Virus record (IMG/VR): IMGVR_UViG_2654587763_000002
Source of the DNA: an uncultured virus (IMG/VR IMGVR_UViG_2654587763_000002)
Taxonomy: Duplodnaviria > Heunggongvirae > Uroviricota > Caudoviricetes
Strand: one strand, 5' to 3'
DNA: 50,930 bases
Positions 10,290 to 19,320 of this stretch are shown here, one piece after another (within the stretch, counting starts at the first letter, position 1; each line of letters begins with the position of its first letter). The position numbers and the translations under genes were made by a program. The notes beneath the pieces were generated by a model. The model was given only the letters and a program-made list of their open reading frames with translations. It was not told the origin of the DNA and searched no databases.

Positions 10290-10982
10290 TTACTCGACCA
10301 TCACCGAGCAGACCAGTACGGCGCAGATCTGCACGTCTTCATTGACCGGCAGCAGGGGGTATTGCGGGTTGAGGGGTTTTAACCACCAGGAACCGGAATC
10401 CATCACCAGCTCTTTGAAGGTCATGTCGCTGCCATAGCGGGCTATCACCTTCTTGCCATGGGCAGGTTCCACTTCTGGATCCACGATGATGATAGTGCCG
10501 TCAGGGTATGACTTTCCCCCCATGGGCGCGACCATGGAGTCACCCTTCACCCGCACGGCATAGGCCCGGGTGCTGACGCGAACTGGGCTGATGGTGACCT
10601 CTTCTGCCTCTTCCAGACTCGGGATGTCGCCGCAGTCCTTAAACTCCCCGGCACTAACCCACGAAATCAAGGGCACCTGGTAGATAGGGAACGGTTGTGG
10701 CTCGATATTGCCGTCACCCGGATCGGTGCCTGTCAGCAACCACTGCACACTCTTGCCAGTGATGCGCGAGAGCTCTCCCAGGCGCTTTACTTCAGGCAAC
10801 CCCTCACCTTTGAGCCATTTGCGTACAGAGATTTCAGACAGGCTTTCCCTCAACGTGCGTTTAAGTCGAACTATCCGGCCTCGAGCAGGCCAGCCCAATT
10901 CATCGAGAGCGGCATTAAGTCGCTGCGAGAATGCAATTTTGTCGGCTTCAAAACGCGCCATTGGTGTCTGTTTCTCATCCAT
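10290..10982 (-). CDS. cI: CI-like repressor (HTH + S24 peptidase)
   Basis: HTH (SVRKWLKGEGLP); VSAG cleavage site; GDSM and TFKEL catalytic Ser/Lys; divergent from cro. Confidence 0.92.
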   Translation of the reverse strand: MDEKQTPMARFEADKIAFSQRLNAALDELGWPARGRIVRLKRTLRESLSEISVRKWLKGEGLPEVKRLGELSRITGKSVQWLLTGTDPGDGNIEPQPFPIYQVPLISWVSAGEFKDCGDIPSLEEAEEVTISPVRVSTRAYAVRVKGDSMVAPMGGKSYPDGTIIIVDPEVEPAHGKKVIARYGSDMTFKELVMDSGSWWLKPLNPQYPLLPVNEDVQICAVLVCSVMVE

Positions 10983-10985
10983 TTC

Positions 10986-11060
10986 CTAACGTCCAGTTAT
11001 TGTTTGTCAATTTCGCCTAACTTTAACCTCTTGCGAATTTTACTAACCAAGAGTTATGAT
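10986..11060 (+). promoter_or_regulatory. oR operators and pR promoter
   Basis: CTAAC-GTCCA-GTTAT (10986-11000), CTAAC-CAAGA-GTTAT (11043-11057), half-site at 11017; TTGCGA-N18-TATGAT (11031-11060). Confidence 0.7.
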
Positions 11061-11089
11061 TTGGTGTGTGTTAAACGCCAGAGGACGCC

Positions 11090-11308
11090 ATGCATACCCT
11101 GTTAACTCGATTCGGTACCAAGAGTGCCATCGCGGCTGCGCTCGGCATCACCCCGGAGGGGGTAAGCAACGCCTTCAGGCGTGGCAAAGTGCCAAGCACC
11201 TGGGTGGCCAAGCTCAAGCAGCAAGGTTTGAGCCAATCTGAGCTTGCTGAATTGCCTCTGACCGACGAAGGGCGGGCGATTGTATCAGCATTCACCGGGC
11301 ATTTATAA
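11090..11308 (+). CDS. cro: Cro-like HTH regulator
   Basis: 72 aa, KSAIAAALGITPEGVSNAF HTH, divergent from cI, RBS GAGGA. Confidence 0.8.
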   Translation: MHTLLTRFGTKSAIAAALGITPEGVSNAFRRGKVPSTWVAKLKQQGLSQSELAELPLTDEGRAIVSAFTGHL

Positions 11309-11327
11309 CCAACCGTTAGGGATCACT

Positions 11328-11837
11328 ATGACAGAGCAACGGAATGACACCACGGCAAAAGTCAGTGCGGTTTTCCGGTCATCGGACGTGATGGCGGCGG
11401 CTTATGGCATTGGCCATCGCTTCAACGCCAGCGAACTGGCGCGGCTGATGGGGCGCAAACCGGCGGAGTTTTGCAAGAAGCTCAACCCGGATTGCGACGA
11501 CCGCCATCTCACCCTGGCCGAGGCGGTTGCCGTCACCGAGATCACCGGTGATAACGCCATCCTCGATGCCTGGGCCGTCAGTCGGGGCAAGGTGCTGGTG
11601 GACTTACCAGCGGGGGTCGTGAGCGATGACGACCTGGTAGAGCAGGTGCTGCTGGCGCAGGCGGTGTTCGGCAAGTTGATGCAGGCCATTCACGACGCTC
11701 GGGCAGACGGGGTGATCGACAGGATAGAGCAGGGACAAATCGAGCGCATCGGTACCCAGGCCGCCGAGCATGTGCTGGGGCTGATCAGCAGCACTGGCGC
11801 AAATGTGCGGCAACTGCCGACGACTTCCAGCAAGTAG
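11328..11837 (+). CDS. cII: Phage regulatory protein CII family (186/P2-type)
   Basis: LARLMG...KKLNPD...HLTLAEAVAVT...DGVIDRIE motifs; lies after cro. Confidence 0.75.
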   Translation: MTEQRNDTTAKVSAVFRSSDVMAAAYGIGHRFNASELARLMGRKPAEFCKKLNPDCDDRHLTLAEAVAVTEITGDNAILDAWAVSRGKVLVDLPAGVVSDDDLVEQVLLAQAVFGKLMQAIHDARADGVIDRIEQGQIERIGTQAAEHVLGLISSTGANVRQLPTTSSK

Positions 11838-11905
11838 ATACAAGGCGGCCCCGCGCTGCGTCAACAGCCGAGGCCATGGTTCAGTCATCGATTGGGGATG
11901 AGAAC

Positions 11906-12184
11906 ATGGAAAAGCATACGGTTAACAATGCCTTTGAGCAAGGTGCCAATAGCATGTCTTTGGTCGGGCATCAGCGGCCAGAGCTGCCTCGGCCTTCACT
12001 TCCGCGTCAGCGTCGACCCAGTGTCATTCCCAGCATGCTGCCACGACTGGTTTGTAGCCAGTGCGGCACATTCCTGGTTTATGGCGGGTTCCGTGGCGGA
12101 ATCAAGATCCCCGTTTCCCCGGAGCAGGCAAGGCGCCACCTTGACTGCCTGATGCAGCATCTACGGGAGGTGGGCCATGGGTGA
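11906..12184 (+). CDS. Hypothetical protein with a CxxC motif
   Basis: ORF overlapping the replication gene start; CSQC. Confidence 0.5.
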   Translation: MEKHTVNNAFEQGANSMSLVGHQRPELPRPSLPRQRRPSVIPSMLPRLVCSQCGTFLVYGGFRGGIKIPVSPEQARRHLDCLMQHLREVGHG

Positions 12185-13250
12185 GGTGATCAGACTGGCG
12201 GCCCCGGTGGCCGCCTCAACGCAACGAGGTTGCAACGTGGACGACAATGCCCGCACCGGTTTTCGCCTGTTCTACCGCAGCATGAAGAACGCGGCCTGGT
12301 ACCGGGATGTCGCCAAGAAGGCGGTGATGTTTCACCTGATCCTCGAGGTGGCGCACGAGCAGCGCACCGTGGTGTTTGGCGGCAAGCGGGTGCAGCTTTC
12401 CCGCGGGCAGTTGGTGTGCTCGGCCAAGAGCCTGGGGCAGGAGTGCGGCATTTCGGAAGATCAGGCCCGCCGGGCGCTGGAGTTCTTCAAGGCAGAGGGG
12501 GCAATCAGCTGTGTGGGGGCCCGTGGCAAGGGGGGCTATACCGTGGTGAGCCTGCTCAATTTCGATGCCTATCAGCGCGGATTATCGCAAATATTTAGCG
12601 CGGAATATGGCGCGGATTCTGAGGCCGCGCCAGCACTGGGGTTGGAGGCTGGTTCGCAAAGTGGCGGCGCGGATTTACCCGCCGAACAACACGCCGAAGA
12701 CTATATCAGTAAGAACATAAAGACAGATCTTAAAGACTCTTCGTCTCAACTCGCTGTCGCGACTTTCGACCAGCAGAGTGAACAGCCTATCGCTGATGAG
12801 CCTGTCACTGCTGACCCCCTCCCTGATGAGCCCACTGTTGCCGAGCCCAAGACCAGGGTTATCCCAGGGGCTGCGATCCAGACGCCCAATGGCAAAGCCT
12901 GGGGTACGGCGGAAGACCTGACGACCGCCCAGTGGATGTTCAAACGGGTGCAAGTGATCGCGCCCACCGCGCTTGAACCGAACTGGGCACAGTGGGCAAA
13001 TGTGATCCGCCTGATGCGCGAGCTCGACCAGCGCAGCCACCGGGATATCTGCGAGCTGTATGACTGGGTGAGCCGGGATGCATTCTGGTGCACCAATGTG
13101 CTGTCCCCGCAGAAGCTGCGCCAGCAGTGGACCCCGTTGACGGTGAGACGCAACGCCCCCACCCATCGGCCCGTCAGTGGACAGCATACCGACCTGACCC
13201 AATCCATGACCGCCGACGAGCTGAATCGCCGGATGCAGGAGGGCTTCTGA
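12177..13250 (+). CDS. Replication initiator, lambda O-like
   Basis: LSRGQLVCS N-terminal wHTH; C-terminal PNWAQWANVIRLMRE...FWCTNVLSPQKLRQQW as in lambda O. Confidence 0.88.
   Translation: MGEVIRLAAPVAASTQRGCNVDDNARTGFRLFYRSMKNAAWYRDVAKKAVMFHLILEVAHEQRTVVFGGKRVQLSRGQLVCSAKSLGQECGISEDQARRALEFFKAEGAISCVGARGKGGYTVVSLLNFDAYQRGLSQIFSAEYGADSEAAPALGLEAGSQSGGADLPAEQHAEDYISKNIKTDLKDSSSQLAVATFDQQSEQPIADEPVTADPLPDEPTVAEPKTRVIPGAAIQTPNGKAWGTAEDLTTAQWMFKRVQVIAPTALEPNWAQWANVIRLMRELDQRSHRDICELYDWVSRDAFWCTNVLSPQKLRQQWTPLTVRRNAPTHRPVSGQHTDLTQSMTADELNRRMQEGF
12575..12745. repeat. Putative replication origin (iterons + AT-rich tract) inside O
   Basis: GCGCGGA(T/A)T at 12575, 12598, 12610 and 12667, followed by an A-rich tract at ~12700-12740. 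Confidence 0.55.
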
Positions 13251-13912
13251 TGAGCATGAAACCACTGAGCGCAGTGCTCGAGGACATGACGAGTTGTGGT
13301 CTTGCTGCACATGTCGGAGAGCAGCAGCAGCGGGTTTTGACCGACCACGACTCGCAGATGGTGTCGATGTTGTTCGAACAGTTGAAGATCGTGTTCCCTG
13401 CCTGGAAGCATGCTTTCCCGACCGATGACGCCCAGCGCCGAGCCCTGGCCGAATGGACCCGAGCTCTGGTGGATGCTGAGTGCACCAGTCGCGAGCAGCT
13501 GCAGCTGGGCATGCGGGTGGCTCGCGAGCAGGAGATCCCGTTCTTCCCCAGTACCGGGATGTTCATCAAGTGGTGCCAGATCACGCCGGAGTCGCTTGGA
13601 CTGCCGACGGTCGATCAGGCGTTGGCCGATGTGGTACGCCACCGTAAGAGCCACCCGGCCGTGGTGATTGCCGCTCGCGCTACCCGCTTCGAACGCCAGA
13701 CGCTGACCGCTGACGAGTACCGCAAGGTGTTCGCTCAAGCCTATGACCAGGTCGTGCGCCGTGTGATGGCCGGGGAGGATATCGAGGCGGAGGTGCTGAA
13801 GGGGTTGCCCACTCGTGAGCAGATCCGCCACAGCCCCGAGTTCTACCAGCAAGCTGGGCAGCGCGGCGTCGCCAGCTTGAAGGCGTTGTTCAAACGCGGG
13901 GGTGGTGCGTGA
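13250..13912 (+). CDS. Replication protein P (helicase loader)
   Basis: LFEQLKIVFPAW...PFFPSTGMFIKWC...SHPAV as in lambda P; TGATG coupling to O. Confidence 0.88.
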   Translation: MSMKPLSAVLEDMTSCGLAAHVGEQQQRVLTDHDSQMVSMLFEQLKIVFPAWKHAFPTDDAQRRALAEWTRALVDAECTSREQLQLGMRVAREQEIPFFPSTGMFIKWCQITPESLGLPTVDQALADVVRHRKSHPAVVIAARATRFERQTLTADEYRKVFAQAYDQVVRRVMAGEDIEAEVLKGLPTREQIRHSPEFYQQAGQRGVASLKALFKRGGGA

Positions 13913-14172
13913 TGGCCAGTCAATTCAATGCGAACGTCGAGCGCGATGTCCGTGAGGCGCAGTTCTGCCGGGTGGCCATCTATCCACCGGTGCGGGGCTG
14001 GGTGGGGGAGCGGGTGCACCTGGAGGTGTCGAATTCGCTGGATACCCTGGGCAAGACCGATGCCGCCACCGGCGCCGGTTATTACCTGGTGTGGGATGGG
14101 GCCGAGGAGGCACGGGCAGAGGCTGCGCGGATCCGGGGCCAGGCGGTGGAGCTGGTGAGGGTAGGGGGATGA
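13909..14172 (+). CDS. Hypothetical protein
   Basis: GTGA overlap with the P stop codon. Confidence 0.6.
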   Translation: MMASQFNANVERDVREAQFCRVAIYPPVRGWVGERVHLEVSNSLDTLGKTDAATGAGYYLVWDGAEEARAEAARIRGQAVELVRVGG

Positions 14173-14399
14173 TGCACTACTACGCCCAGCACACCCCGAC
14201 CCGGGATTGGCAAGCGCCGCTGCTGGGCATCGAGGAGCTGGCGAAGGCCCAAGAGGGTGGCATCTGTGTGTCGATCGGGATGTGGGTGATCCACGATATC
14301 GGGTTTGGTGCCTGGAGCACCGAGATAGGCGTGATTGTCGGGGCTGCCATGCACAAGGCAGCCCTTCAAGCCACCACCGGGAGGGGGAGGAAGGGATGA
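14169..14399 (+). CDS. Hypothetical protein
   Basis: ATGA-coupled on both sides (MMHYYAQ...). Confidence 0.55.
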   Translation: MMHYYAQHTPTRDWQAPLLGIEELAKAQEGGICVSIGMWVIHDIGFGAWSTEIGVIVGAAMHKAALQATTGRGRKG

Positions 14400-14605
14400 A
14401 CATAGGCATGCTGTTTGGGATGTTGATCGTCGGCTGGGCGCTGCTGCTGGCCGTGTTGCTGGTGCTGATATGGGTAGCGCTGCGGGCATGGCGGGAAGAA
14501 GTGCAAGAGGACGAGGCGGCGTTACTGGATGAACCACGGCTGGTGTCGGCGTGCCGTGAGCTCTCAGAGCTGGCGGCGAAGACCAAGGAGGCCAGCCATG
14601 GCTAA
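14396..14605 (+). CDS. Small membrane protein
   Basis: MNIGMLFGMLIVGWALLLAVLLVLIWVAL hydrophobic segment; coupled start. Confidence 0.6.
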   Translation: MNIGMLFGMLIVGWALLLAVLLVLIWVALRAWREEVQEDEAALLDEPRLVSACRELSELAAKTKEASHG

Positions 14606-14903
14606 GGCCTTCTTCGTGCTGATGTACCTGTTCGTGGCGCTGTTTGTGCTGGCCATGGTGCCCTATGAGGGGGGTATGGGCTGGCAGATGCTGCAGGCGC
14701 CGGTGGTGTGGGTGATCCTCGCGGGCTGGGTGTTGGTGATGTTCCCGTGCCCTGTGGTGCGCCTGCTGCTGGCACCGCTGCGGGCCATCCTGTTGCTGCT
14801 GGTGTGGTTGGGCACTCTGCTGCTGGCGATCACCAAGGTGGTGCTGGTGGCGCTCAACCGTGTGAATCGCGATCTGGCCGGGGAGGCCCATCATGACAGT
14901 TAA
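14598..14903 (+). CDS. Membrane protein
   Basis: MAKAFFVLMYLF..., three hydrophobic segments, RBS GGAGG. Confidence 0.6.
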   Translation: MAKAFFVLMYLFVALFVLAMVPYEGGMGWQMLQAPVVWVILAGWVLVMFPCPVVRLLLAPLRAILLLLVWLGTLLLAITKVVLVALNRVNRDLAGEAHHDS

Positions 14904-15282
14904 ACCGAAGGAACTGAATGAACGTGGCCTGATCGACCTGGCCGGGGTGAAGGTGTATGTGGCAGGGCCCATGACTGGCCTGCCACAGTTCAACCGGCCT
15001 GCGTTCTTTGCCGCCGAGGCCTACCTGCAAGGGCAGGGGGCCAGGGTGATGAACCCCGCCGTGCTGCCGGATGGCTGGGATCATGATGCCTATATGCGGA
15101 TCGCCATCCCGATGCTGATGGAGTGTGAGGCGGTGGCGTTTCTGCCCGGCTGGCAGCAGAGCAAGGGGGCGCGGCAGGAGTTCACCCGGGCTCACGCCTT
15201 CGGCTTGGTGCTGCTGCAGCTGGACGTCGAGGAGATCCCCCTGGGGTTGCTGGTCAGGCAGCATCTGCCGTTGATGGTGTAG
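14893..15282 (+). CDS. DUF4406 family protein (nucleoside deoxyribosyltransferase-like fold)
   Basis: KVYVAGPMTG...FNRPAF...LPGWQQSKGARQE. Confidence 0.85.
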   Translation: MTVKPKELNERGLIDLAGVKVYVAGPMTGLPQFNRPAFFAAEAYLQGQGARVMNPAVLPDGWDHDAYMRIAIPMLMECEAVAFLPGWQQSKGARQEFTRAHAFGLVLLQLDVEEIPLGLLVRQHLPLMV

Positions 15283-15324
15283 GTCATATCCCGCCGTGAG
15301 AACATAACAAACGGTGATTGATGG

Positions 15325-15340
15325 CTGTATAAATACACAG
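15325..15340. promoter_or_regulatory. LexA (SOS) box upstream of the antirepressor
   Basis: CTGT-ATAAATAC-ACAG matches CTGT-N8-ACAG. Confidence 0.85.
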
Positions 15341-15385
15341 TATCTTTTGGGGCTATGCCAAGGACATGACAATCGGGAGAGTGAC

Positions 15386-16195
15386 ATGCAGGTGTTGAGT
15401 TTTGACAGTATGGAGTTTGGCAAGGTGCGCCTGATCGATGAAGCCGGGCGCGTGCTGTTCTGTGCCGTCGATGTGTGCAAGGCGCTGGGCTACAGCAACC
15501 CGAGGGATGCGGTGAAGCGCCATGTGGACGAGGGGGATGTCGTGAAACGCGACACCCCCACGACCAGCGGGATGCAGGAGGTCAGCTTCCTGTGCGAGAG
15601 CGGGGTCTATGCCCTGATCTTCGGCAGTAAGCTGCCCGCGGCCAAGGGGTTCAAGCAGTGGGTCACCGGTGAGGTGCTGCCCAGCATTCGCAAGACGGGG
15701 CAGTACGCGATCGGCCAGTCCCCGGTCATCAACGTGGAGGCGGTACAGGTCGAGCTGCTGTTCGTTGAGACCGCGGCCCGCATGCTGAACGTCAGCAATT
15801 CCGGCAAGCTGGGCATGCTGCAGACCATCCAGCGCCAACACGGTCTGCCTAACCTGCTGCCAGCCTACGCCATCGACGCGCCGAGCGATGCCACCGATGG
15901 CAGTTCGCGGCCGACCTTCTCGGCTACCGAGGGGCTGAAGCAGCACGGGGTGAGCATGGGGGTGCGCTACTTCAACGCCCTGCTCGAGTCGAACGGGTTG
16001 CTGACCAAGATGCGGCGCCCCTCCACCAAGTCACCGGATAAGCAGAAGGAGTTCTGGGCGATAACACCCAAGGGGCTGCTGTACGGCAAGAACATCGTGG
16101 ATCCGCGCTGCCAGCGCGAGACGCAGCCGCACTGGTACCAGAGCAGGTTCGCCGAGCTGCTGGCCAAGGTCGGGTTGGGGAAGGTGGCGGCATGA
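15386..16195 (+). CDS. BRO-N family antirepressor
   Basis: FCAVDVCKALGYSNPRDAVKRHV, ESGVYALIFGSKLP, WVTGEVLPSIRKTGQY; C-terminal Ant-like domain. Confidence 0.88.
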   Translation: MQVLSFDSMEFGKVRLIDEAGRVLFCAVDVCKALGYSNPRDAVKRHVDEGDVVKRDTPTTSGMQEVSFLCESGVYALIFGSKLPAAKGFKQWVTGEVLPSIRKTGQYAIGQSPVINVEAVQVELLFVETAARMLNVSNSGKLGMLQTIQRQHGLPNLLPAYAIDAPSDATDGSSRPTFSATEGLKQHGVSMGVRYFNALLESNGLLTKMRRPSTKSPDKQKEFWAITPKGLLYGKNIVDPRCQRETQPHWYQSRFAELLAKVGLGKVAA

Positions 16196-16226
16196 AGACA
16201 ACCATATCAACCAAGGAACATGCAGT

Positions 16227-16850
16227 ATGAATAACCCCAAAAAGGTCGCCGTCGTGGATATCGAGACTCTCGGCCAGGGTGTGGATGCGGTGATCGGCAC
16301 CATCGGAGTGGTCATTGTCGATGTGGGGCAACTGCGTGCTGTGGATGAGTTCTACTGCCGGGTCGATCTGGCACAGGGCCGCCAGCGTGACGACGACACC
16401 CTGGCTTTCTGGGAACGGCAGAAGGTGGATAGCCCGGCCGCCTGGGAGGAGATGTTCGGCAATGCCGGTCGCCTGTTCCTGGTGGATGCGCTGCAGGCGT
16501 TGGCCAACTTCCTCGGACGCCATTTTGAGAAGGTGGCAGCAGTCGAGTTGATGGGCAATGGCAGTGAGTTCGACAACGTGCTGTTGACGCATGCCTATCA
16601 GCAGTGGGGAGTTGAGCAGCCCTGGTGGTTTCGTGGCAACCAGAGCCTACGCACTGTGGTCTGGATGGGGCGGCAACTGCTGGGTATTGACCCCAAGTAT
16701 CAGCTGTCTTTCGAGGGGACCCGCCACCACGCTCTGCACGATGCCCGCCATGAAGCGGCATACCTGATCCACATACTGAACGCCTTCAAGCAGGGGCTGG
16801 CAGGGGTAGTGAGCGCTGGTCATGACATTCAATCTGGCGCTGCTACCTGA
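16227..16850 (+). CDS. DEDD 3'-5' exonuclease/exoribonuclease (DUF5051-like)
   Basis: VDIETLG, GNGSEFDNVLL, HHALHDARHEA. Confidence 0.85.
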   Translation: MNNPKKVAVVDIETLGQGVDAVIGTIGVVIVDVGQLRAVDEFYCRVDLAQGRQRDDDTLAFWERQKVDSPAAWEEMFGNAGRLFLVDALQALANFLGRHFEKVAAVELMGNGSEFDNVLLTHAYQQWGVEQPWWFRGNQSLRTVVWMGRQLLGIDPKYQLSFEGTRHHALHDARHEAAYLIHILNAFKQGLAGVVSAGHDIQSGAAT

Positions 16851-17040
16851 TCAGGAGCGTCAGCGGATAGAGTTGAATAAGCAGGCGGCTTTGCTGGTTT
16901 GGCAGTGCCGCCGCAACCTGGCGACCCGAGAGGATGTTGCCAGGGCAATCATCAATCAGCCCGTGGATAACCAGGAGTATTTTCGCGATCGGCTGAACCA
17001 CTACCGTGAGGTAAAGGGGTCACATGAGCAAGTTTACTAG
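16822..17040 (+). CDS. DNA polymerase III theta-like (HolE/DUF3283) protein
   Basis: FNLALLPDQERQRIELNKQAA...YFRDRLNHYR resembles theta. Confidence 0.7.
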   Translation: MTFNLALLPDQERQRIELNKQAALLVWQCRRNLATREDVARAIINQPVDNQEYFRDRLNHYREVKGSHEQVY

Positions 17041-17287
17041 CCGCAGTGCGGCCAGAGTGCAGCACCTGCAGCAGCAGGCCAGCAACCCGGTCGGGGCTGC
17101 CATCAATGCCAGCGCCGAGCTGTTCCGTTCTATCGACACCGCCTGCCCGGGCATGACTGCCGCGGAGGCTGCCCGTCGGATCATTGCCTCAGAGTCCCTC
17201 TCCGTGCGCCGCACCGCCAGCTATCAGCTGCTTGCCCGCCTGGGCCCGCTGCTCGACAAGCTGGAGATGGTGGAGAAGCTGGGATGA
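17024..17287 (+). CDS. Hypothetical protein
   Basis: 87 aa, overlapping both neighbours in the operon. Confidence 0.55.
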   Translation: MSKFTSRSAARVQHLQQQASNPVGAAINASAELFRSIDTACPGMTAAEAARRIIASESLSVRRTASYQLLARLGPLLDKLEMVEKLG

Positions 17288-18273
17288 TGCCGACCCATCC
17301 GGTCTTTGTGCCAGAGATGGGGATGGTGCTGCTGAAGGTAGGGGAGGGGCTGGCACAGCTTCGCACCTCCCTGGCCAACCGCCCGGCGGTACTGGTTCCT
17401 GCACCAGACGGTGGCGACCTGCTGACCCAGTTCCCGGAGCTGGCCATTGCCCTGCTCAACCCTTCCATCGTCAACGCCGCCGGCGGCGAGCTGGCCTTGC
17501 GCAGCGTGGGCCAGTGCCTGATCGGCCATGGCTGTATCGGGGAGTCGGTCACCACCGAGATGGGGGGCCTGCCGCTCCCATTGTGCTGGCACCATGACAA
17601 CGCATACCGGGATGGCCAGTTGCCGTTCAACCAGGGTGAGTACGCCGCGGCGATCGCCCGGGCACTGCTGACCCGGGTGGCTGGCTGGTGTGGGGTTGCC
17701 CTTGCCCAGTTGCAGGCACGGGATCTCTGCTGGTGGGCCAGCGTGTTCAAGGTGCAGCAGCATCTGCCGATCGCCGTGGTGCGCCACGCCTGCCGTTTGC
17801 CGCCGCTGGAGCCGGAGCGGTTGCTGGTGCCAGGACGCGGCTATCGCGAGACGGATGCCCGCTATCGGGTGAATCGCATCGAGCTGCTGGAGCAGGATCC
17901 GCTGGCCGAGCTGCGCGGCCGGCTGCGTATCAAGCCAGCGGTAAAGGCCATCGACCCGGAGCCGCCGATGCTGCATATCCCCCGCCCCAAGATGCGGCGC
18001 TGGGAGTCGGCCAACTATCTGGCGTTCGTCCGCCAGTTGCCGTGCGTGGTGACCGGCCAGACCGATGGCATCGAGGCGCACCACGTGGTGGGGCACGGGC
18101 TCAGCGTGATGGGCAGCAAGGCCCATGACCTGATGACCTTTCCGCTCTGCCACCAGGCACACATGGAATTGCACAACAAGGGCTGGCAGCAGTGGGAGCA
18201 AGCCCACGGCAGCCAGCTGGATCACGTCGTGATGACGTTGAACAAGGCCGCCGGCCTGGGAGTGTTTGGATGA
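17284..18273 (+). CDS. DUF968 family protein (C-terminal HNH-like)
   Basis: LCWHHDN; RRWESANYLAFVRQLPCVV...EAHH...FPLCHQAHMELH. Confidence 0.85.
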   Translation: MMPTHPVFVPEMGMVLLKVGEGLAQLRTSLANRPAVLVPAPDGGDLLTQFPELAIALLNPSIVNAAGGELALRSVGQCLIGHGCIGESVTTEMGGLPLPLCWHHDNAYRDGQLPFNQGEYAAAIARALLTRVAGWCGVALAQLQARDLCWWASVFKVQQHLPIAVVRHACRLPPLEPERLLVPGRGYRETDARYRVNRIELLEQDPLAELRGRLRIKPAVKAIDPEPPMLHIPRPKMRRWESANYLAFVRQLPCVVTGQTDGIEAHHVVGHGLSVMGSKAHDLMTFPLCHQAHMELHNKGWQQWEQAHGSQLDHVVMTLNKAAGLGVFG

Positions 18274-18623
18274 CGCCATATAGTGGAAGTGGGGTGAAGG
18301 CGCGGGCCCGCCCGCAGCCGGTACCGGGATCCATGAACAAGACCGAGGAAGCCTATGCCGCCCACCTGCGCACTCTGATGCTGGCGGGCGAGGTGCTGCA
18401 CTACGAGTTTGAGCCGCTCAAGCTGCGGTTGGCCGACAAGACCTTCTACACCCCGGACTTCATGGTGGTGCGCCGGGATGGGCTGATCGAGCTGCACGAG
18501 GTGAAGGGGTTCTGGGAGGACGATGCTAGGGTGAAGATCAAGGTGGCCGCCAAGCAGCACTGGATGTTCACCTTCGTCGGGGTTCAGCGCAAAGGCGCCC
18601 ACTGGTCACTGGAGGCATTCTGA
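18270..18623 (+). CDS. PD-(D/E)XK nuclease (DUF1064-like; possible resolvase)
   Basis: MNKTEEAY...FYTPDF...HEVKGFW. Confidence 0.8.
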   Translation: MTPYSGSGVKARARPQPVPGSMNKTEEAYAAHLRTLMLAGEVLHYEFEPLKLRLADKTFYTPDFMVVRRDGLIELHEVKGFWEDDARVKIKVAAKQHWMFTFVGVQRKGAHWSLEAF

Positions 18624-19270
18624 TGCGACTCGAATATGCGCTTTCGATAGGGGAACCCCGTTCGGCGATGATCCAGGCCATCCAGTCCCGCTCTACCGGG
18701 CCTTCTCACTTGACGCAGGCCGATGTGCTGGGGGCGCTGGGGCTGGTGCAGAAATATGAAGGGGTGGGGTTGGCACTGATGATGGCCCGCTACACCAAGG
18801 ACAAATCCAGCCACCACAAGGCTGTGATCGGGGTGATGGCCCAGTGCAGCAAGCTGGCACCCAAGTATGTGGGGGCCATCAAGGAGCGTGGCCAGGGGAT
18901 GGCCCTGAAGGCGATCGCCGCGCTGGCGGTGCAGCACTATTGTCGCACGGTGGATACCCCAGGGGCGGCCTGTCACCCGCAGTTCTGCCATGGGCGGGGG
19001 GTGATCCGCGACCTGGAGCTGAGCCGCCTGCACGGCAAGGCCGTCGACAAGGTGTGTCCGCGCTGCGGTGGTACCGGGCTGCGGCCCATCCCCGGCACCC
19101 AAGTGCGCCGTGCCATCGAACCCTTGCTGGGGACGCTTAGCCGCGGCGAGTGGGAACGGCAGTGGTACCCGCTCTATCAAGCGGTGCTGGCCTGGTGCCA
19201 TGTGCAGGAGAGTGAGGTGGATACACTTTATAAGAAAATGATTGATTTAAGAGAAGAATCAATGATTTAG
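18623..19270 (+). CDS. Q: Late antitermination protein Q
   Basis: LTQADVLGALG; zinc-finger CH..FCHGRG...CPRCGGTG; position at the end of the early operon. Confidence 0.82.
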   Translation: MRLEYALSIGEPRSAMIQAIQSRSTGPSHLTQADVLGALGLVQKYEGVGLALMMARYTKDKSSHHKAVIGVMAQCSKLAPKYVGAIKERGQGMALKAIAALAVQHYCRTVDTPGAACHPQFCHGRGVIRDLELSRLHGKAVDKVCPRCGGTGLRPIPGTQVRRAIEPLLGTLSRGEWERQWYPLYQAVLAWCHVQESEVDTLYKKMIDLREESMI

Positions 19271-19274
19271 GCGC

Positions 19275-19303
19275 AAAAAAAGGAGGCGTAGCCTCCTTTT
19301 TTT
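19275..19303. terminator. Bidirectional intrinsic terminator
   Basis: A7-GGAGGC-GTA-GCCTCC-T7 between convergent genes. Confidence 0.85.
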
Positions 19304-19320
19304 AGCAATCTACTCGTGCA

